Virus record (IMG/VR): IMGVR_UViG_3300010396_000049
Coordinates: 1-61,002 of that record
Direction: 5' to 3' (one strand)
Length of the DNA stretch: 61,002 bases
Source of the DNA: a virus
Lineage: Duplodnaviria > Caudoviricetes
Shown here: positions 17,528 through 28,285 of the stretch, in pieces
Layout of the letters: the number at the start of each line of letters is the position of its first letter
How positions within the stretch are numbered: the first letter of the stretch is position 1
Translations under genes and position numbers: made by a program
Notes under the pieces: generated by a model
Seen by the model: only the letters and a program-made list of their open reading frames with translations
What the model was told of the DNA's origin: nothing
Databases searched by the model: none

Positions 17528-20500
17528 TTATTGGCTCATGCCGGATGCTTTGCGGGCGTTGTCATATTGTTTTTCTTTATCACGGTATTCTTTTATAGAC
17601 ACTACTGCATGAAGCTGTTTTTTTTGATTTTTTACTTCCTCAATTAATTCATCCAGCTTGGCTGCTAATTCATTGTTGTTATTTTGAATGGCCGCAGCAG
17701 CCTGCCTGTTGCTGCCCAAGCCGCCCAGGGCCATGATGCGCGGCATTTGCGGATTTATTTGTGCAGGGCGTTGCATAAATTTTGGAAGGCTTATTTGCGC
17801 GCCGGTTTCCCAGTTTACGCCGCCGTGCATTGAATTTAATTTACTGGTGATCTGTGACGGTGTGCCGGTGACGGTGTAATGATTTCTATCCGTCATGGCA
17901 TCGGCTTTTATTACCGCCTCATCGCGCTCGATCATTACCGGTATGCCGCCTGAAGGGTCGGAATGTTTATCACCCGTGCGGAACCAGTTACCCTCGGCGG
18001 CAGGTGGAGCCTCGGTGGCTATGGCTGCTATCTGTGCGAGAGTTGCAACCCCCATGGCGATAGCAAAAGGAATTCCAGCCGGCCAGCCAAATTCCGCAAA
18101 TGTTTTTTCTACAGCAATTGCGCCATCAATAAGAGCTTCAGCAATCCCTAACTCCTGCTTGCGTTTGAAAGCTTTAACATCAGCGTCATGTTGTTGTTTG
18201 GCTAACACCGCATCCGCCTCAGCTACTTTTTTATCATATTGTTTTTGAGAAATAAGTTTCGAATCCAGCTGCTTTTGATAATTATTTTTCTTCGCGGTAT
18301 TTATAGCAGCATCTTTTTGAAGGGCTCTTTGATCAAGGTTATTAAGTGCGGTTATTAAATTGCCTGCAATACTCAAAGCTTCATCAGCAAAAAACTGCTG
18401 GTTGTCAATTCGATGTTTTTTCAAATCATCGTCTGCGGCTTTTAAGGCCTCAGTATATTTTAACCAAATCTCTTTGCCTTGTTCAGTTGCATTTACACTG
18501 GCATCATCATAAGCAAGCCCGGCATCCTTTAATTTCTGTTTTAAAGCCTCAAGCGAATTGTCTTTATCATCAGTTGCATTTTGCTTTTGAAGAGTGGCTC
18601 TTGTTTTAGGTGAGGTATCAGGGTCATTGATTTGAATATCCCGTATACCCTTAATAGCCTTTGCTTCATCCTGGATAAAAGCAATTCGCAATTCTTTTTG
18701 CTTTTCCAGGTTTTTAGTAATAAAATCTTCCTGCTGAATGGTATACGTTTTTACATCTGCGGCCGCTTTTTTTACAGTAGTAGAATAATCATTGGCAATG
18801 ATCAACCGGTTATTTATTTCAAGCCCTTCAATATTGGTGAGCGCTTTTTCATAATCGCTTTTACTTATTTTTCCTTCAGCTTCGCTTTCAGCATATTGGC
18901 GCTTTAGTGTGGCAAAATATTCGTCAGAAGCTTTTATTGCATTAGCATATTCTTCGCTACTATGCGCATCAAATTGTTTTTTCTGAAGCGTGGCCAAATC
19001 TTTATTAAAAGCATCTACAATTAATTTTTCTTCTTCAGTGTATTTTTTGCGGCTGGTAACATTTTTCTGAAAATATTCCAGCGCTTTGGCGTGCAAATCA
19101 TTGTATTTCTGTTCCAGGTTTACCAAATCTTTTTCATCCTGGCTTTTACTGGCCGCATCGGCATCTTCTTTTAATTTTTGTAACTGTTTATAAAATTCCT
19201 GCGCTTCTTTTAAGAGGCGTTTGTATTCAGCATTGTCTTTAGGTTTTTTATTATCCAACTCATCTAACTCTTTTTGGTATTTGGCGCGCAGGGCAAGGTT
19301 GGCCAACTGGCCGGCTTTATCATTTGCATTTAATGTTTCATAAGCCGCCTTGGAATCTTCAATCATTTTTTCTAATTCCTTACGGCGGGCAGCTACAGAA
19401 GGGTCTTCTTTAATTGCAGATACACCGGTATCTGTTGGAAGGGTAAATTCTTTAGGGCCTCCATTAAGCGCATCAATTATTTTCTGATCAAAAAAATCTT
19501 TCGCTGTCTGCAGTGCTTTTATTTTTGCATCAATCTGCGAAATGTCAAACTGATAAGCGACGGATCCTTTGCCTCCTAAAATGGTAGCATCGCCCTGAAG
19601 GCTTCGCTGGTATTTTTCCTGTTGCAATTGCAGTATCTGTTGATTTTTTTCATTGCTCAGTTGTTGTGCAGCCTCAGCTTCACCTTTTCTTTTTAGTGCT
19701 TTAATGTATTCATCAACCGCAAAAGCTCCCTGTAAGTGCCCGTTAATATCCAGCTGTAATGTTTTTACAAAATCAGGATTTAGCGAAATCAATTCCTGGT
19801 AGGCTTTCTTTTTTGTTTCAAGCGATGTGTTGTTATCTTCCAGGGCTTTTTTTAATATCTGCAGTTTATTCACCTGGTCGCCATAAGAGTCTGCTGCTTT
19901 GTTGGCAAGGTCAGACTGGGCTTTCATCTGTATGGCTATTTTGCTATTGTTTTGGAAGATCTTACTTAACACTTCAGCCAATGCAACTCCGGCTACAATG
20001 ATTACTCCGATTGCACCAGCTCCCAGGGTGCTGGCGACATTCCACAGCCTTTGAGCTGCAGTTGCCAGTTTTATTCTACCGGTTAACAAATCTGTTACAA
20101 CTATATAAGAAGCCTGGGCTGTTTCTAAAATGGCGGTGGCAATTGCTGCCGCTTTATTGGCTAATGAGTTTGCGATCGTTTCAATTCGTAATGCAGTAGT
20201 AACTACTGCACTTTTTATCATAGCTGCATTATAAACAGCGATGCCGATGAGGGTAAGAAAGGAAGCCTTGTTATCACTAATTGTTTTTGGGAGGTTTTTT
20301 AATACTCCAATAAAATCAGATACGCCGCCAACAGCATCTTTTAGAAATGTGCTGATACCACTACTATAAACAAATGCATAAAATTGTTTTCCCAATTTGT
20401 CTAGTGTAGCACCCAGAGTTTCATTTTTTAATGAGAACGCGTTGGTAATAGCATCGGTAGTTTTTAATGCCTCTGCAGTATCCGCTATTTTCTGATTGAA

Positions 20501-21718
20501 GAAATCTGTTTTAGTTCCTAAAATAGACAAGGTAGATACAACCCTTGCCCCTTCTTCGCCAGCGTCTTTAAAGCTGGCAGCAATTTCAGCGAACGAGGCT
20601 TTGTTTTTTTGCAGGCCTGCAGCATATTGCAATAAAGCCTCCTGTGGTTTGCTTGCAAATAAATCTGTAAACTCTTTTACATTTTCCCCGGCAATTTTTG
20701 CTGCCTTGGGAACATCAGCACCGATAGTTACAATTAATTTTTGAATAGCGGTGGAGGAAGCTTGTACCCTTGCACCATTTTCTTCAAGGCCGGCTCCCAG
20801 GCCTAGAACAGAAGCGAGGCTTAAGCCAGATGCTTTTGCAAGGCCGGAAAGCCTTTGTGCAAAATCAACAATGAAGCCGCCTGTGGCTACGCCTTTATTG
20901 GCAAGGTCAACTATTGCATTACCAAGGTGAGTGATATTATCACCGGTTATTTTGCCATCAAATACATTTAATATTTTACCGAGCTGGGTGGTGATCTCAT
21001 CCGCATTGCCAAGCTCATCGCCGAGCGCGACCACTAATTGGTCAACCGCTTTTGTAAATCCAAAAATATCATCTTTGGCTACACCGAGTTTACCGGCAAC
21101 TAGCGCGATTGCCCTAAGGTTAGTAACAGAAGTTCGTGTATCAATTTTGCCCAACGCACTATTAAGCATAAGGGCTTCATCAGCAGTAAGGCCAGAAACA
21201 CGGCGAAGGTCTGCGAGTTGATCGCTCAATGCTCCGGCACCTTTTATAATATTTTGAAATTGAGTAGTGATGAATTGAAAGCCCAGGTAACTGGCGGCGA
21301 GTACGCCGAACTGTTTAACAGAATCACCCAGTTTAGAAAAGACACTGGCAAAGCCGGTAACGCCATTTCTAACATCATACAGCCTGCTATTAACTGCATT
21401 GATCTGAGTTTGTAAATCTTTAAATTCCTGTGAAAATGGCTGAACAGACCCTTTCAGGGCCACCAGTTTTTTTAATTCTGCAGTTAATTCTTTTTGATTT
21501 AATGAAGTAATTCCAATGGACTGTTTTAATTCCACCATTTGTGCATTCACCTGCGACAACTCTTTGCCGGCGGCTATATAATCATCAGTGCCTTTTTTAA
21601 GGCCCTTCATTTCAACAGTAATATCTGAGGCCTTTTTTCTAAGGTCTATTAATTGATTTTGTGCAACGTTTCCATTAATATTTACATTAAGGTTGATGGT
21701 ATCTGTACGAACGCTCAT
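17528..21718 (-). CDS. Tail tape measure protein
   Basis: ~1396 aa helical Ala/Lys-rich, TP901-like core (LADLRRVSGL...LANKGVATGGFIVDF); start set at MSVRTD because the promoter motif overlaps the longer start. Confidence 0.92.
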   Translation of the reverse strand: MSVRTDTINLNVNINGNVAQNQLIDLRKKASDITVEMKGLKKGTDDYIAAGKELSQVNAQMVELKQSIGITSLNQKELTAELKKLVALKGSVQPFSQEFKDLQTQINAVNSRLYDVRNGVTGFASVFSKLGDSVKQFGVLAASYLGFQFITTQFQNIIKGAGALSDQLADLRRVSGLTADEALMLNSALGKIDTRTSVTNLRAIALVAGKLGVAKDDIFGFTKAVDQLVVALGDELGNADEITTQLGKILNVFDGKITGDNITHLGNAIVDLANKGVATGGFIVDFAQRLSGLAKASGLSLASVLGLGAGLEENGARVQASSTAIQKLIVTIGADVPKAAKIAGENVKEFTDLFASKPQEALLQYAAGLQKNKASFAEIAASFKDAGEEGARVVSTLSILGTKTDFFNQKIADTAEALKTTDAITNAFSLKNETLGATLDKLGKQFYAFVYSSGISTFLKDAVGGVSDFIGVLKNLPKTISDNKASFLTLIGIAVYNAAMIKSAVVTTALRIETIANSLANKAAAIATAILETAQASYIVVTDLLTGRIKLATAAQRLWNVASTLGAGAIGVIIVAGVALAEVLSKIFQNNSKIAIQMKAQSDLANKAADSYGDQVNKLQILKKALEDNNTSLETKKKAYQELISLNPDFVKTLQLDINGHLQGAFAVDEYIKALKRKGEAEAAQQLSNEKNQQILQLQQEKYQRSLQGDATILGGKGSVAYQFDISQIDAKIKALQTAKDFFDQKIIDALNGGPKEFTLPTDTGVSAIKEDPSVAARRKELEKMIEDSKAAYETLNANDKAGQLANLALRAKYQKELDELDNKKPKDNAEYKRLLKEAQEFYKQLQKLKEDADAASKSQDEKDLVNLEQKYNDLHAKALEYFQKNVTSRKKYTEEEKLIVDAFNKDLATLQKKQFDAHSSEEYANAIKASDEYFATLKRQYAESEAEGKISKSDYEKALTNIEGLEINNRLIIANDYSTTVKKAAADVKTYTIQQEDFITKNLEKQKELRIAFIQDEAKAIKGIRDIQINDPDTSPKTRATLQKQNATDDKDNSLEALKQKLKDAGLAYDDASVNATEQGKEIWLKYTEALKAADDDLKKHRIDNQQFFADEALSIAGNLITALNNLDQRALQKDAAINTAKKNNYQKQLDSKLISQKQYDKKVAEADAVLAKQQHDADVKAFKRKQELGIAEALIDGAIAVEKTFAEFGWPAGIPFAIAMGVATLAQIAAIATEAPPAAEGNWFRTGDKHSDPSGGIPVMIERDEAVIKADAMTDRNHYTVTGTPSQITSKLNSMHGGVNWETGAQISLPKFMQRPAQINPQMPRIMALGGLGSNRQAAAAIQNNNNELAAKLDELIEEVKNQKKQLHAVVSIKEYRDKEKQYDNARKASGMSQ

Positions 21719-21722
21719 GAGG

Positions 21723-21758
21723 TAAAAATGCTGCATCAACCATGTTTTGAAAAGGACA
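21723..21758 (-). promoter_or_regulatory. Late-promoter motif upstream of tape measure
   Basis: TGTCCTTTT with CATTTTTA starting 28 nt later. Confidence 0.75.
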
Positions 21759-21858
21759 CGGCAACCAAATACCCACTAATTGCGGGTTTGAGCAACTTTT
21801 ATACAATAAAATCCATCATAATTAGTTAGTTTAGAGTATCATAAAAATAAAATCTGCT

Positions 21859-22368
21859 TTGAAAGGATATTTCCCTATTGAAATCCCCACCAAAAAATAC
21901 ATAAAGGCGTATATACACGCCCAACTGGGGGAGCAACCCATCATCAACACAGAGCACCGCATCGGCAATAAATTATATGATGTGCTGACGAGGCATAGCA
22001 ATGAAAGAAAAAGTGAATTTCCGGTTTACAATGCGCGCGTAAAAGTTTTCGTGAACCATCACACATTTTATCACCGCGGCGCCAACCTGAATGAAACCAA
22101 CATCAAAAATTTCAACCTCTTTATAGAAGATGAAATAAAAGCTTCGTACCGCATGCTGATGGATTTTTACATTGACCTGCTTCCGTCGTTCGAGGCCAAC
22201 TTGCCTGCAGTACGCAAAAGAATTGGCATAGATTTGGAAGCATGGGATACTGATAGCATCAAAAAAGACTATTACCGCTACCGCAAACGAAACGGCAAAG
22301 CGCTTCTTTATAAAAATAATTACGACCGCGTTATCACGGTTAAAAAATTCCTCGACCCAGGGTTTTAG
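21859..22368 (+). CDS. Hypothetical protein, candidate late-gene activator
   Basis: Basic C-terminal helix DSIKKDYYRYRKR; sits between the tail and head operons; function inferred. Confidence 0.5.
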   Translation: MKGYFPIEIPTKKYIKAYIHAQLGEQPIINTEHRIGNKLYDVLTRHSNERKSEFPVYNARVKVFVNHHTFYHRGANLNETNIKNFNLFIEDEIKASYRMLMDFYIDLLPSFEANLPAVRKRIGIDLEAWDTDSIKKDYYRYRKRNGKALLYKNNYDRVITVKKFLDPGF

Positions 22369-22448
22369 CGTTAAATTAAAAAAAACTAAATCTTTGCCCG
22401 AAGTGTCCCATCGGTAGGTTTCCCTGATATTCCTTCTAATTTTACATC

Positions 22449-23003
22449 ATGAAACAAGTTTATGCAGACCTCGCTTACCTCCAGGAGCCACACTCCGCCG
22501 GATTATGTTCGCTACAGGTAACGCCGCGCGAATGGCTCGCCAGCGATCCTGTTATAGATTTTGAAAGCGGGCGCGTAATGCAAACGATTCCTTTGCAGGC
22601 CGGAAAATTTTGGCTGGGCATGCAATTAACCCAGGGAAGCTATTATTATTTAGAAACGCCCAAAAACGATAAGGCCGGAGATTCTTATGTAGTAACAGCG
22701 GGCGGGCTTTTGAACACATTCAATTACCAGTTTCAGCAAGTGTTGGAAACCATGAAACAAAGCGAGTTGGTAGCAGTACTAACAGACAGGAACAAACGTA
22801 AAAAAATAATCGGCGACACAGCCGGTGGATTAAAAATGGTTGTTACCCATTCTCATAAAAATAATCCCGGCGAAGAAAAACTATCTATAGACTTCACTTA
22901 CCAATGTGAAGGCCTTCCTCCTTATTATAATCCGGATAACACACCCGATGGCATTGGCAACTTCCTTATTAATGCTAATGGTGATTTCCTTTTAATAGGT
23001 TAA
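22449..23003 (+). CDS. Hypothetical (probable virion) protein
   Basis: Beta-rich ORF preceding the protease. Confidence 0.6.
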   Translation: MKQVYADLAYLQEPHSAGLCSLQVTPREWLASDPVIDFESGRVMQTIPLQAGKFWLGMQLTQGSYYYLETPKNDKAGDSYVVTAGGLLNTFNYQFQQVLETMKQSELVAVLTDRNKRKKIIGDTAGGLKMVVTHSHKNNPGEEKLSIDFTYQCEGLPPYYNPDNTPDGIGNFLINANGDFLLIG

Positions 23004-23026
23004 AAACCTCGTTACCCCCTCTATTC

Positions 23027-23062
23027 AGTCCTTTTGATTTGGCTTGCGCCGATACATTTTTG
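23027..23062 (+). promoter_or_regulatory. Late-promoter motif upstream of protease/capsid
   Basis: AGTCCTTTT ... CATTTTTG at +28. Confidence 0.75.
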
Positions 23063-23075
23063 TAATCCTAAACCT

Positions 23076-24272
23076 ATGGAAAACAAAAAATCTTATATCG
23101 GAATTAAAAATTCTGTTGATGACTCAACCCTTGAGTTGTTTTTTACCGACTATATTTTCGACGGCTTTGACTGGAACACATTTGAAGCAACCAATATGGT
23201 GCAGGATATGATTGATAAAATCAAAGCTGCTAATCCGTCAAAAATAAAAGTAACCATCAATTCATTAGGCGGCGACGTTATGATCGGGCTTGCCATTTAC
23301 AATTTCCTCAAAAATTATAACGCAAAAGTCCAGGTAGAAATCATCGGATTTGCGGCTTCCATCGCTTCTATTATTGCGATGAGCGCAAGCAAAGGGAAAT
23401 TGATGATTGCTAAAAACGGTTTCATGATCATTCATGCGGCTTCTTCATTTGCCGCTGGAAATGCAAAAGAATTAAGAGACCAGGCAGAAGTGCTTGATAA
23501 AATCTCAACTGAAATGGCAGACATCTATGCGCTTCGCTCAGGCAAAGACGCTAAATATTTTACCGACTTATGGGCAGATGGTGGCGATGTATGGCTCACC
23601 GGCGCGGAAGCGAAGGAAATGGGCCTTGCAGACGAACTGATTAATGCCACTGCCATGACCGCCAAACTCAATCTTGAAGATTTCGGCTATAAAAATATTC
23701 CTAAAAAAATTACTTCATCAATCATTCAAAACCAAAAATTAAATATGGCTTTCAAAAAAACTATTGCCGCCTCCAAAGCTGAGAGCTTTGCCGTGGTAGA
23801 TGGCGGATTTCTTTTAGAAGAAACCCAGCTTAATAATATCGAAAACGCTTTGACTGTAGCAGAAACCGCCGCCGGCGAAGCTGCTGCCACCTTAGCCAGC
23901 GTGAATGCTTCTTTGGAAGAAAAGAACGCTTCGCTCGTAGCGCTTACTGAAGAAGTAGCAGCTCAAAAAAAGATTGCAGAAACATTGACTGCTGAAAAAG
24001 CAGCCGCTGCACAAAAATTAACTGAAACAGAAACTGCACACGCAACCGCTTTAGCAGCTAAAGATGAAAAGATTGCTTCGTTGGAAGCTGAAGTAGTAAC
24101 GCTCGGAAAAAAACCAAGCGGTACCGGCTCTGCAGTAGTTTCCACAGAAGATGAAAAACCGGAAGAAGCTGCAACAGGCAAACCTGGTTTACTGGACGCT
24201 GAGCATCCGCTCAATAAATATGCGGCTAATAAAATTGCCAACGCAGCCAAAACGCACAAATCAAAAATCTAA
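23076..24272 (+). CDS. ClpP-like prohead protease fused to coiled-coil scaffold
   Basis: INSLGGDV, AASIAS, MIIH, WLTGAEAKEMGLAD; Ala/Glu-rich C-terminus. Confidence 0.9.
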   Translation: MENKKSYIGIKNSVDDSTLELFFTDYIFDGFDWNTFEATNMVQDMIDKIKAANPSKIKVTINSLGGDVMIGLAIYNFLKNYNAKVQVEIIGFAASIASIIAMSASKGKLMIAKNGFMIIHAASSFAAGNAKELRDQAEVLDKISTEMADIYALRSGKDAKYFTDLWADGGDVWLTGAEAKEMGLADELINATAMTAKLNLEDFGYKNIPKKITSSIIQNQKLNMAFKKTIAASKAESFAVVDGGFLLEETQLNNIENALTVAETAAGEAAATLASVNASLEEKNASLVALTEEVAAQKKIAETLTAEKAAAAQKLTETETAHATALAAKDEKIASLEAEVVTLGKKPSGTGSAVVSTEDEKPEEAATGKPGLLDAEHPLNKYAANKIANAAKTHKSKI

Positions 24273-24335
24273 ATCCTAATTCAAAATTTATAAATCCTTA
24301 ATCCCAAATCCTAATTCCTAAAAAAACCCAAACCT

Positions 24336-25325
24336 ATGGACACCAATAAAATTACCCTGGAAATTGATGACGTTGTTGAAGCATGGGGCGACTATTACCT
24401 CAATAGTGGCCAGAACATGGACAACCTGCACCAACTTCCTTTTGAAGCTAGCGATACACAAACAGGCGGAACTGTTATAGAAACAGACCAAACCGTATTG
24501 CGCGAAGCCAATGTAGAAACTGATGAAGTACTACAGCCCTTCCAGATAGATTTTACCAGCAAAGGCGGTGTTACCATCTTGCCGGTTGAAATCAAATTGC
24601 AGAACATCAAAATAGATGTTGGAGTTACTCCACATACTTTGATCAATGCCTGGACTGGTTTTTTAACCAACAGCGGCAACGACCCATTAACCTATCCTTT
24701 CATCCAGTGGCTTACTCAAAATTACCTTATCGCTAAGGCGAAAGAAGATTTTGAATTGAAAGCAATCTATACCGGTGTGCATGCCGCACCAACTGACGGC
24801 ACAGCAGGAGCTGCTACCGCAGTAATTGACGGTATCGAAAAAATCCAGAATGACCTGGTAGCTGCCAGCAAAGTGGATCCGTTCACTCTCGGCAATGTAG
24901 CAGGAATGAGCGACGAGGCATTTGTAACCGCAGTAGAAACCAGTTTCGCACAGGCTATCCCTGAGAAATACAGGTATAACTACGAAATGGAGCTGAGCAT
25001 GAGCCGTAGCTTAAGGGATAAATTCCGCAGAGGAATGAGAACCAAATACAACGTGAACTACCAGCAAACCGACATGCTGAACAGGTTGATGGATTACGAA
25101 AACATCACCGTGGTAGGGCGCGCCAGCATGACCGGCAAAAACCGTATCTGGACTACACCTAAGTTTAACCTGTACTTACCTGTAAAAGGGTTCAGCAACA
25201 AGAACGTCTTCGACGTTCAGAAACAGGACAGGAAGGTGAAATTCCTTACTGACTGGTGGCAGGGCGTAGGTTTTGTTCAACCAGAACTCGTGTTCATGAG
25301 CGAAGCTGAAGTACCGGAATCTTAA
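24336..25325 (+). CDS. Major capsid protein
   Basis: 329 aa directly after the protease/scaffold; synteny-based. Confidence 0.78.
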   Translation: MDTNKITLEIDDVVEAWGDYYLNSGQNMDNLHQLPFEASDTQTGGTVIETDQTVLREANVETDEVLQPFQIDFTSKGGVTILPVEIKLQNIKIDVGVTPHTLINAWTGFLTNSGNDPLTYPFIQWLTQNYLIAKAKEDFELKAIYTGVHAAPTDGTAGAATAVIDGIEKIQNDLVAASKVDPFTLGNVAGMSDEAFVTAVETSFAQAIPEKYRYNYEMELSMSRSLRDKFRRGMRTKYNVNYQQTDMLNRLMDYENITVVGRASMTGKNRIWTTPKFNLYLPVKGFSNKNVFDVQKQDRKVKFLTDWWQGVGFVQPELVFMSEAEVPES

Positions 25326-25444
25326 AATAACCTCACCTCCGTCCCCTCTCCGAGGGAGAGGGGGGAAGGCATAAAACGATAACCGCCAAACCCAACCCTC
25401 CCGATGTAATCGGGAGGGTAGAGGATGGCACAAAACAAAAATTC

Positions 25445-25861
25445 ATGGGAGAAACAAAAACAGAAACACCGACAACAGCAGAGGAACTGCAAACGATTAT
25501 TGCAGAACGCGATGCCACTATCGAGGCACAAAATGCAACGATAGCAGAACAGGAAAAAACCATCACTGGCCAGGAAAACACCATTGCTGACCAGGGCGAA
25601 ACGCTGTCAAAGCAAGCCGCCATCATTAAGCAATTGCAAGCCGGAAAACCGGAAGTAAAAACAGCTGCGCCGGTGGCTAAGAAAAAACCTGAATTGCCGA
25701 AAGAACCGGTAGAAGTGGATGGAAAAAAATACCGTTTCCGTTTCGCGGCCTTTTATTTTAAAGCAGTACGTTACGAAGCACAGGATGCAGCTCTAGATGA
25801 AAAACTTCTGAAAGAGATCCTGGCTGTAGAAGGGCAAATGATTCTAATCGAAATTTTTTAA
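25445..25861 (+). CDS. Hypothetical coiled-coil protein
   Basis: TI..Q heptad repeats. Confidence 0.65.
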   Translation: MGETKTETPTTAEELQTIIAERDATIEAQNATIAEQEKTITGQENTIADQGETLSKQAAIIKQLQAGKPEVKTAAPVAKKKPELPKEPVEVDGKKYRFRFAAFYFKAVRYEAQDAALDEKLLKEILAVEGQMILIEIF

Positions 25862-25921
25862 ACTCAAAAACATCTTTTCTCAAAACCCAATCCTTATCCA
25901 AAAATCTTAAAACAATATCCT

Positions 25922-26482
25922 ATGGATTATTCACTCATTAGAAACCAGCGTGCCTGGAGCAATTCCGATAGCGGCATTGCCTCACATGCCTTAATTGCCC
26001 CTGTCTCATTTTTTGTGCCCGACACCGGGTTGAAAAATCCTGTAGCACCATTCAATACGGCAGGCGATGGCATTACCATAAAAACCCCGCATGAATTTAA
26101 TGCAGGCAAAGGCTTCATTTATTTTGCCCTGGCTCCTCAAAAGAATTCCTTGACGGCGCCTATCAGTGGCGACCTTGGTTTTTATAAACAAAACCAAACC
26201 GCTACCATTTTCATTCCCGGAAGCAACCCTGCGATTCATGAAACTTACCAGAGTTTGGTAAATGTTCCCCTGATCGTGTTGGTAAAAGATACTAATGTCT
26301 GCACGCTGAAACAATACCTGCAGCTCGGTACCTCTTGCGAACCGGCATTCCTTGGCGGAAGCTTCGACACTGGTACTACCAAAGACGGCGTTAAAGGCTT
26401 CAATGTACAGGTAAGCTACGACGGCCCTATTCAGTACTACATCGTAGATGATGGCCCGGAAATTTTAGCTGACGAAAGTTAA
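25922..26482 (+). CDS. Putative major tail tube protein
   Basis: Size, beta-rich content, synteny. Confidence 0.55.
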   Translation: MDYSLIRNQRAWSNSDSGIASHALIAPVSFFVPDTGLKNPVAPFNTAGDGITIKTPHEFNAGKGFIYFALAPQKNSLTAPISGDLGFYKQNQTATIFIPGSNPAIHETYQSLVNVPLIVLVKDTNVCTLKQYLQLGTSCEPAFLGGSFDTGTTKDGVKGFNVQVSYDGPIQYYIVDDGPEILADES

Positions 26483-26543
26483 CCTGAAAGCTGAAGGCTA
26501 AAAGCTTAAAGCCAAAAGCTTAAACTTTAAGTATAAAAAAAAT

Positions 26544-26571
26544 AAAGGCTGGTTGCAATACCGGCCTTTTT
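26544..26571 (+). terminator. Intrinsic terminator
   Basis: AAAGGCTGGT-TGCAAT-ACCGGCCTTTTT. Confidence 0.6.
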
Positions 26572-26583
26572 CTATAACAAAAT

Positions 26584-27249
26584 ATGAAGTGCGTAATTCC
26601 TTATAAAGAGAATGGCGGCGTAGAATTAAAATATTGCCTCAGGGGAATAGAGAAGTTTGTTGAGAATCCCGAAATAATAATTATCGGCTCGGAGCCGGCG
26701 TGGATTAAAAATGTAAAAGTTATTTTTTTCCCTAACGGCAGGGCGCTCAGGTTTAAAGAGTGGAATATTTTTAGAAAAATATGCCAGGTAAAAGAAGACT
26801 TCTTATTTTTTAATGATGATCATTTTTTGCTGCAGCCCTTTGATAAAGGCACTTACCATTTTTCCGGAAAGCTTAGTAAACGGATGAAAGACTATGGCAG
26901 CAATGAATACTGGAAAACCATTCAAAACACCATCAACATAATAGGCGATGCTGATAATTATTTCAGGCATGCGCCGATTTTTATCAGGCATGAAATTTTA
27001 GAAAAAATTAAAGAGCTGGATTGGAACGCCTGGTTTGGCTATTGCGTAAAATCGCTCTACTGCCATTATGCAGGCATACAAGGAACCGAATACCCTGATT
27101 TAAAAATTACTGCCAGGCTACCGCTTTCACACCTCAGGGAAGCAACCAAAGGCCGGCAATATTTCTCTACCGGCAATTTTGTTATTAACACCGATATGGT
27201 CACTTTTTTAGAAGAAACTTATCCTCACAAAAGCAAATTTGAAAAATGA
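26584..27249 (+). CDS. Stealth-like / glycosyl(phospho)transferase
   Basis: ELKYCLRGIEKF, PAWI, FLFFNDDHF, HAP. Confidence 0.65.
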   Translation: MKCVIPYKENGGVELKYCLRGIEKFVENPEIIIIGSEPAWIKNVKVIFFPNGRALRFKEWNIFRKICQVKEDFLFFNDDHFLLQPFDKGTYHFSGKLSKRMKDYGSNEYWKTIQNTINIIGDADNYFRHAPIFIRHEILEKIKELDWNAWFGYCVKSLYCHYAGIQGTEYPDLKITARLPLSHLREATKGRQYFSTGNFVINTDMVTFLEETYPHKSKFEK

Positions 27250-27779
27250 TATTGAGTTGCCAGCCATACCGTGAAGACAGAAATTTAGGCAAAGCTTATA
27301 ACGATGCTTTTAAATTAATTGGAGATGATGATTACCTCATCATTACCGATTATGATGTATTGTACCTGCTTCCGGACCAGATAAAACACATAACAGAATA
27401 TTGCAACCGTTTTCCCGATGGGGATTTATTTGTAAGCTGGGCCAATAGGACGTTTGTGCCCAATGCGCAAATTTATAGCGGCAAGCTTGATGAAGAAGCG
27501 GACATAAGAAAACACCTGGCCACAGCTCAGGAGTGTTATAAAAATTTGTACAACGTTACAAGAATAAGAGAAAATATTTCCGGCTTCCTTATGGCTATAC
27601 CAAAAAGAACCTGGAATGAAATTCCTTTTACGGAAGACCTCAAATGCCTGGGTGTAGATACTATTTTTTCACAAAAGCTTTTATCTGCTGATAAAATTAT
27701 TTACCGCATGGACGGCATTTATATCTGGCATACTTACCGCCTGCTAAATGGTGTAAAAAATAAATCTCATTTACTTTAA
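27246..27779 (+). CDS. GT-A fold glycosyltransferase-like protein
   Basis: NLGKAYN, ITDYD (DxD), SGFLM, GVD, GIYIWH. Confidence 0.65.
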   Translation: MILSCQPYREDRNLGKAYNDAFKLIGDDDYLIITDYDVLYLLPDQIKHITEYCNRFPDGDLFVSWANRTFVPNAQIYSGKLDEEADIRKHLATAQECYKNLYNVTRIRENISGFLMAIPKRTWNEIPFTEDLKCLGVDTIFSQKLLSADKIIYRMDGIYIWHTYRLLNGVKNKSHLL

Positions 27780-27790
27780 AAACTAAAATT

Positions 27791-28285
27791 ATGATATTCA
27801 GAAACGACGACGTAAGCTACAAAACAGAAGTAGGGCAGTTTGCAGAAATACAGAAACTTTTTAAGAAAGAAATTATTCTCCACACCATTGCTTTGATATG
27901 CAAAAACATTGAAAAGAACCCGGAATTGATCACGTTTATCAATAATAATAATATTGATGTGCAGATCCACTGTTGGGAACATTACAATTTTATTGAAAAC
28001 AAAAAACAGTTAGCTGCAGACCTGCCCAGGTGTATAAAAACTATTGAAAAACATTTCAATCACAGCCCTTCAATTGTTTACCCGCCCTGGAACCAAAGCG
28101 ACGATGAAGTAGTAAAAATATGTGAGGCAAACGGGCTGCAAATAAGCAAAAAGAAAGTAAGCCTAAGCCAATACATACGATGCGAAGGCGATGTAGAGGA
28201 AGATGTGATCAACTTCCATTCGTGGAGCTATGATGAAATTATTGTTTTGGAAAAGGCATTAAAAATTTATTCTAAAAAAAGATGA
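27791..28285 (+). CDS. Polysaccharide deacetylase (NodB/CE4)-like protein
   Basis: FRNDD, QIHCWEH, PPWN, FHSW. Confidence 0.75.
   Translation: MIFRNDDVSYKTEVGQFAEIQKLFKKEIILHTIALICKNIEKNPELITFINNNNIDVQIHCWEHYNFIENKKQLAADLPRCIKTIEKHFNHSPSIVYPPWNQSDDEVVKICEANGLQISKKKVSLSQYIRCEGDVEEDVINFHSWSYDEIIVLEKALKIYSKKR

Noticed and set aside
13436-21415. Plus-strand ORFs within the tail genes and other antisense ORFs in the track
   Set aside because: Shadow ORFs opposite long, well-supported genes with no recognisable motifs.
22404-22445. TGTCCC...TAATTTTA as an eighth late promoter
   Set aside because: Box deviates (TGTCCCA) and spacing is 33 rather than 28 nt.
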